DNA of 64,000 nucleotides. It comes from the human T2T-CHM13v2.0 reference genome, Homo sapiens. The notes beneath the pieces were generated by a model, which was not told the DNA's origin, did not search any database, and saw nothing but the letters and a program-made list of their open reading frames with translations. Below, one piece after another: positions 56,130-64,000 of this stretch. A program made the position numbers and the translations under genes. The stretch is from NCBI RefSeq assembly GCF_009914755.1, contig NC_060929.1; one strand, written 5' to 3'. Numbering within the stretch: position 1 is the first letter of the stretch; each line of letters begins with the position of its first letter.

Positions 56130-57862
56130 TTAAAGATTAAAATTATCCCTATAATCCTGTCACCCAGAGGGTACCACAGCTGAAATGCCAGTGTATTTTC
56201 TAAAATTGTGGTGTAAAGCTCAAAAATAAGATAGTTGATTCAAACAAACACAAAACCTTCAATCTTTAGATCTAATATCTTCCTTTGGAAAATACTCTTA
56301 ATCTTCAAGCACTCTTTGGAAAACAGTAACATTACAATTGACATTGCAATTGACACTGGGGAAATCTTGGCAGGAACTGAATTGAGTAGCTTGGAAAGGA
56401 ATCACCCACAGCTGTCCTTGACTGGATGTATCCAATTTGACCATTAAACAGGAGAAAAACACAGGGCCCACTAATTGAGTATGATAATCAGCAGCCTACC
56501 TTAGAGTCACTTTTGTGAAAGTTAATTCAGTTTGATTAAGCCTCCAAACCATCACTGTTAAGCTTGAAGCAATATTTCATGACTGCTATTTCTCTCTAAT
56601 GGATTGCATTACGACCTATGAGTTTTAGTCTTTTTAAATTTGAAAATGTTATATATATCTTATCACCAGTTACTCTTACCTCTTATCTTTAAAATGTTCC
56701 AACGTAACTGCAAAATTACTATACCCTAATATCCCATCTATACAGATAGCAGGTCTCACATAAAATCTCATTCTATTTTGCAAGTCATTTATAAAGATAC
56801 TGGCTGTTCCTTTGTTCATATGACCATTGATTTAAAGAGTAGTTAAAATGTCCCATCCTTTTTCCTTTAACAGAATTTTGTCACTTCTTTGCCATTAAAG
56901 AATAACCTAACTTATCTGCTAGCCTTGGGTTTAAGATGTTAATTTTTGTATTTAATGTTTCTATCAATGACCCTGTAATGTGGAAACTATTTTAGATTTG
57001 TCTACAAGTGCAGATATTTCTATTTAGGGAGGGCAATTTTATTGAGGCCTTTTGGGCTTTGGGACCATTTCTAAACTTCGCTCTTAGTGCTAAGAGTGAA
57101 AATATTGTTTTCACAATACAAACTCAAGAAAATGCTGAAAAATTAGCCTGTCAACACTTTTCTTCTTGTTAGATTTGTGTTTGATTCTTGGGGCTATTGT
57201 ATAAATTTCCATAATTTATGCAAACAATGTAAGTAAGTCACATATCAAAAACAATCATATTAATGATACAATATTCTCTTGAACACTGGTGGGTTGGCAT
57301 CATTTTCTTAAACTGGAGATATAAATGTACATTTAAAGTATATAAGCACACATAGATTAATATTTTATACTATTGGTAGTACTGTATCATCCCGAGAGTT
57401 ATATCCCCTAATGAAATGATAAGCTATTGGTCTTGAGGGACTCAAGATGGGCACTGACAAGGGTGGGGACACAGAGGAGTATACCCACTGACAAGCTGTT
57501 TCACCTAAGAGAGGCGTGGTTTGAAAATTGTACCTGGAAGGGCATTAGGACAGAAAAACTGTATCACTACAAAGATTCTATATAAACAATATTTTTATTA
57601 TCAGTTTCTATCATAAGTCTTATATTAGTCACATTTTGAACATACACTATTTTACCCAATTTGAGAAACCTAGATGTAACATTTGAATTTTGTGGGCTGA
57701 GAATATGTTAAATTTTGAGGAAATTTGTAACATGTAGGGGGTCATATAATGCTTATTTCCTTCTGCATCACCAACCCATTCCATTCTTTGTTATTGCCTA
57801 GTTACCCCAGAGAAATAGAAGTGAAGCTCAGTAGATGCTTCCCTGATCAAAAACACAGAATG

Positions 57863-58171
57863 GGCCAGGCGCAGTGGCTCACGCCTGTAATACCGACACT
57901 TTGGGAGGCTGAGGTGGGTGGATCATGAGGTCAAGAGATCAAGACCAACCTGGACAACATGGCAAAACCCCGTCTGTACTAAAAAAAAAAAAAATACAAA
58001 AAAATTAGCTGGGTGCGGTGGTGTGCACCTGTAGTCCCAGCTACTTGGGAGTCTGAGGCAGGAGAATCACTTGACCCTGGAGGGGCAGAGGTTGCAGTGA
58101 GCCGAGATTATGCCACTGCACTCTAGCCTGGAGACAGAGGGAGACTCCATCTCAAAACAAACAAACAAAAA
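57863..58171 (+). mobile_element. AluSc-like
   Basis: 'ggatcatgaggtcaagagatc'; (CAAA)n tail; acacagaat on both flanks. Confidence 0.95.
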
Positions 58172-58289
58172 CCCACACAGAATATTACAAGGCTACAGCA
58201 AAGAAAGTTTTCATACAAGAGCTCACTACCCTTAAAACCCACAAGCAACCACAGGTATTTTCTGTTGTTTTAGTTTATTCTGGAAAAAA

Positions 58290-59400
58290 AAAAAAAACTC
58301 TCTAAAAATTACCACCTTTTTACCCATACCTGTATCTCTTCTTGGCTCTAGACTGTCTAGACTTCTAGCCAGCTGCGAATTCAAAACACATCTCTCATTC
58401 AACATACCCCAAAAATTTAACTCAGAATTTTCCACCCAATTTTGACCCTCTCTCTGTTTCCACCACCTTAGTAAATGACAGTGTCTGAAGTAGAAACCTG
58501 GGAGTCATGATAATTTCTATATTTCCCAAAACACCCACATCAAGTTCAATCCACCTACTATATCATCTTTCTCATCACTCAAGTCCAGCTCACCATTCTC
58601 TCATCTAGAAAATTACAGTGGACTTCTAGATGTCCCTTTGTGCTTAAAAAACCCTCAAAGGCTTCTCATTGTTCCTAATAAAATGTCTGAACTACTAATA
58701 AAAACTAAAAGCTTTTGTGTGAACTGGTCCTTGCCTACCTCTCTAGACTCACTTCTTGCCACTCTGACTTACTCTTTCAGATAAACAATCTTTCTGTTTT
58801 TGTATTGTGCTGTCTTGTATTGTGCTGTTCTGTTTTGTATTGTGCTTCCCACATGCTGTCTCCTTGTCCCAAAGGATTTAGTGACTCTATTTTCTCCCGG
58901 TTAGCTTGTGAGTAAGTCTTATACATTCTTAAGTGACCATTAGACCAATTGCCATTGCCTTGTATCCTCAGACAAGACATGGCTCTCATGTTTATGCCAA
59001 GACTCTCTATTCTTCCTTCTCAGTAACTCTACTTTACTTGAGGTTTTACATTTAATTGTTTAGTGTCTCTGTCATTTGTTAGACCAGTGGTCAGCAAACC
59101 TCTTCTGTAAAAGACCAGTTAGTAAATATTTCAGGCTTTCCCAGGCAAATGGTCTCTGTTAAAACTACTCAACTTGGCTCTTGTGAAAAAGCATCCACAG
59201 ACACTAAGTTAACAAATTTGTGTATTTGTGTTCCTGCAGCCTCTGGGTCATAGTTTGTCCATTCTGTTATTAGATTATAAAATCCATGAAGGCACTGAGC
59301 ATATTTGAATTTTTCACTGTTGTATTTCAGTTTCCACTGCAATATTTGGCACACAATAAGCATTCAGTACATATTTATTAGATGAATGAGGGTCAATAAA
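58290..59400 (+). mobile_element. L2 LINE fragment, interrupted by MER58A
   Basis: 'catctctcattcaacatacc...gaaacctgggagtcat...ggcacacaataagcattcagtacatattt...gaatga'. Confidence 0.7.
59085..59266. mobile_element. MER58A hAT-Charlie element
   Basis: 'cagtggtcagcaaac...tctgtaaaagaccagttagtaaatatttcaggcttt...actactcaact...catagtttgtcc..ctg'. Confidence 0.85.
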
Positions 59401-59940
59401 TGAACAAGATTTTGGATCAATATTAATCAGTTGTGAGGGTGCATATGTATATATTTTTTCATCTGTGCTTCTAAGCCTCAAGAAAGCAATTGTTTGACAA
59501 AGGAGATTACTCTTAGATGATCCAGTCATTATTCAGATTTGCTCTTGATATGCTTGACAGTCTCAGACAAGCTCAAAGCACAGAAATTTAAGCAATTAGT
59601 GAGGGAGTCTCTACTTGTTCATAAGATCCCTTAAACAAAACAAGAGTTTAAAGGAGAATGAGAACTAAAGAGAAAAACCATGCTCCAGTATTCTATTTTC
59701 ACCTATCAGGAAAACTGAAGGAGCAACTGAGAATCTTTTCTTTTTTACTAGTGAGCTAAGCACGTAAGTACAGAAACAGTAATTATTAGAAAGAGAAAAA
59801 AAAAAAAAAAACTCTTAACAAAGCCCAACAAGGAATCATAAAGACATTCACTTCAAATTATGGCTGAGAACTTCAGTAGCAGCCAATTAGGCACTTAAGC
59901 TTCACTTAGAAAGGTTTTTATCCAGAAAAGAATAGTTTCT

Positions 59941-61656
<1,716 letters not shown>

Positions 61657-63078
61657 TAGGAAGACAATAAAAATTTTTAATTATATCAAACATTTAAGAA
61701 AGGAATTACACAAATTCTTCACGATTTCTTCCAGAAAATAGAAGCAGAATCATTACTTCCTAACTCATTCTATGAGGCCAGCATTACCCTAATACCCAAA
61801 AGAGACAAAGACATTGTAAGAAAAAACTACAGACGGTTATCGTTCATGAACGTAAATACAGAAATCCTCAACAAAATATGAGTAAATTAAATCTAACAAT
61901 GTATAAACACAATTATACACTGTGACAATGTGGGATTTATCCCAGGTATGCAAGGCTAGGTCCACTTTCAAAAATCAATTAATGTAATTCATCAGATAAA
62001 TTGACTGAAGAAGAAAAATCATATAATTTTATCAGTAGATACAGAAAAAGCACTGGATGGAATCCAATACCCATTAATGATAAAAATTAGAAAACAAACT
62101 GAAAACAAGGAATTGAGAGGAAGTTCCTCAACTTGATAAAGAACATCTACAAGGAACTGACAGATAATATCCTATTTCATGGTGAGAAACTAGATACTTT
62201 CTCCATAAAATTGGGGATAAGATGATACGTCTCTCACTACTCCTATTCATCATTATACTGAAAGACCTGGCTAATGCAATAAAAAAAGAAAAGTAAATAA
62301 ATATATACAAATTTGGAGGAAGGAAATAAAATTACCTTAGATCATGGATAATATCATTGTCTATGTAGAAAATCTCCAAGAAAAAATACCCTGAAACTGA
62401 TTATTATAGAAAGGTAGGAAGATATAAGTTTAATATATGAAAGTCAATTGCTTTCTTGTACAACAGCAATGAATTAAAATTTGAAATTAAAAACACAATG
62501 CCATTTACATTAGCACCAAACATACAAATAAAAAATACTTAGTAAACTAGAAAAATATGTATAAGGTCTACACAAATGAAACTAAAATATACTGATGGAA
62601 GAAAGCAAAGAAGATCTAAATAAAGAGATAGTCCATATTCATCGATAGGAAGATTTAATATTGTTAAGATGTCAGTTCTTCCCAAATTCTTATTTATTGC
62701 AATTCCAATAAAAATTCCAGAAGATTATTTTGTGAGTATCAACAAGCTGATTCTAATGTTTACATGGAAAGGCAAAAGACTCAGAATAGCCAACATAATA
62801 TCGAAGAAGAATAAAGTTGCAAGACTGGCACTAACCCACTTTAAGATTTACCATATATCTACAGTAATCAAGACATTGTGGTAGTGGTGAAAAATGGACA
62901 AATAGACCAATTAAACAGGATAGACAACCCCAAAATAAATCCACGTAAATATAGTCAGTCGATCTTTGACAAAGAAGCAAAGGGAATTCAATAGAAAAAG
63001 ACAGTCTTTCAGGAAACGTGCTGGAACACAAGTTGGGAAACATACGCAAAAAAAGAAAAAATAATAATCTGGACACAG

Positions 63079-63145
63079 ACATTACATATATCATTACATT
63101 ATACATTATACATTACATATTACATTACATATATCATTACATGTA
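63079..63145. repeat. Short (CATTA/CATATAT) tandem repeat within L1
   Basis: acattacatatatcattacattatacattatacattacatattacattacatatatcattac. Confidence 0.85.
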
Positions 63146-63198
63146 TCAGAAAAATTAACTCATAATGGATCATACATCAAAATGTAAAACATAAAACC

Positions 63199-63620
63199 TG
63201 ATATGGTTTGGATGTTTGTCTCCTCTAAATCTCATGTTGAAATGTAATCCCCAGTGTGGGAGGTGGGACCTGGTGGAAGGCATTTGGGTCATGGGGTTAG
63301 ATCAGATCTCATTAATAGCTTGATGCCATCTCACGGTTATGAGTGAGTTCTCTGAGTTTATAAAATATCTGATTGTTTGAGAGAGTCTGGGACCTCCGGT
63401 TCTCATTGTCTCTTGTGCCCTCTTTAGCGATGTGATGTGCCTGCTCCTCCTTTGCCTTTCACCATGATTGTAAGCTTCCTGAGGCTCTCAGCAGAAGCAG
63501 ATGCTGGCACTATACTTCTTGTACAGCATGAAGAACTGTGAGCCAAAATAAACCTCTTTTCTTTACAAATTACCCAGTCTCAGCTATTCTTTTCTAGCAA
63601 GGTAAAAACTGACTAATACA
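63199..63620 (+). mobile_element. MSTB-type MaLR solo LTR
   Basis: tgatatggtttggatgtttgtc...gcagaagcagatgctggc...gactaataca; perfect TSD AAACC at 63194-63198 and 63621-63625. Confidence 0.93.
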
Positions 63621-64000
63621 AAACCATAGAAATATAGAAAATAACAGAGGATAAGATTTAGGTGTCCTTGAGTTTGATAACTTTTTAGATATGACACCAG
63701 AGCCATAAAAGAACATTTAATAAGTTGAACTACATTAAAATTGAAAACTTCTGCTCTGCCAAAGACACTTTTCATAGAATGAAGAGGCAAACCACAGCAA
63801 GAACATATTTACAAGGTGCATATCTGATAAAGGACTATGATCTAAAATATACACAAAAACTCTTACAACAGTAAGAAAACAATCCAACAACAAATTGACA
63901 AAAATCTGAAAAGACACCTCACAAAAAGCTATACAGATGGCAGATAAGCATATGAAAAGGTTCTTAATATCACATGCCATTAGGGAATTATAAATTAAAA

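Larger units (their letters stand above)
61680..64000 (+). mobile_element. L1M (MB/MC-type) ORF2 remnant, interrupted by MSTB; runs off the window
   Basis: RT-region DNA 'ttcctaactcattctatgaggccagcattaccctaatacc', 'gggatttatcccaggtatgcaagg', 'aatattgttaagatgtcagttcttccc'; frameshifted. Confidence 0.9.

Overview
This is AT-rich, non-coding primate genomic DNA. It is most likely human or another great ape, given an L1PA2/3-type LINE, an AluY and an LTR12/HERV9 LTR. I find no host protein-coding exon, RNA gene, CRISPR array or prokaryotic system that I can support. The only long protein-like ORF (21767-22510) is the C-terminus of LINE-1 ORF2 in a 5'-truncated insertion. Much of the window is recognisable interspersed repeat: Alus, L1s of several ages, L2, MIR and L3, MaLR and ERV LTRs, and DNA transposons. 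The most structured block is a complete THE1D/MSTA MaLR provirus (51755-55543, GTGGG TSD) whose 5' LTR is split by an antisense LTR12C solo LTR and an Alu. The features not explained by repeats are: (i) a ~258-bp unique segment duplicated 1.37 kb downstream, with microhomology at the junctions; (ii) a minus-strand AG|GTAAG recursive-splice or microexon-like module followed by UG repeats and TGCATG; (iii) a plus-strand bias of L1s and LTRs suggesting a long intron of a minus-strand gene. Subfamily names and old-repeat boundaries were judged by eye and are approximate. I see no convincing new biological system; the findings are testable hypotheses.
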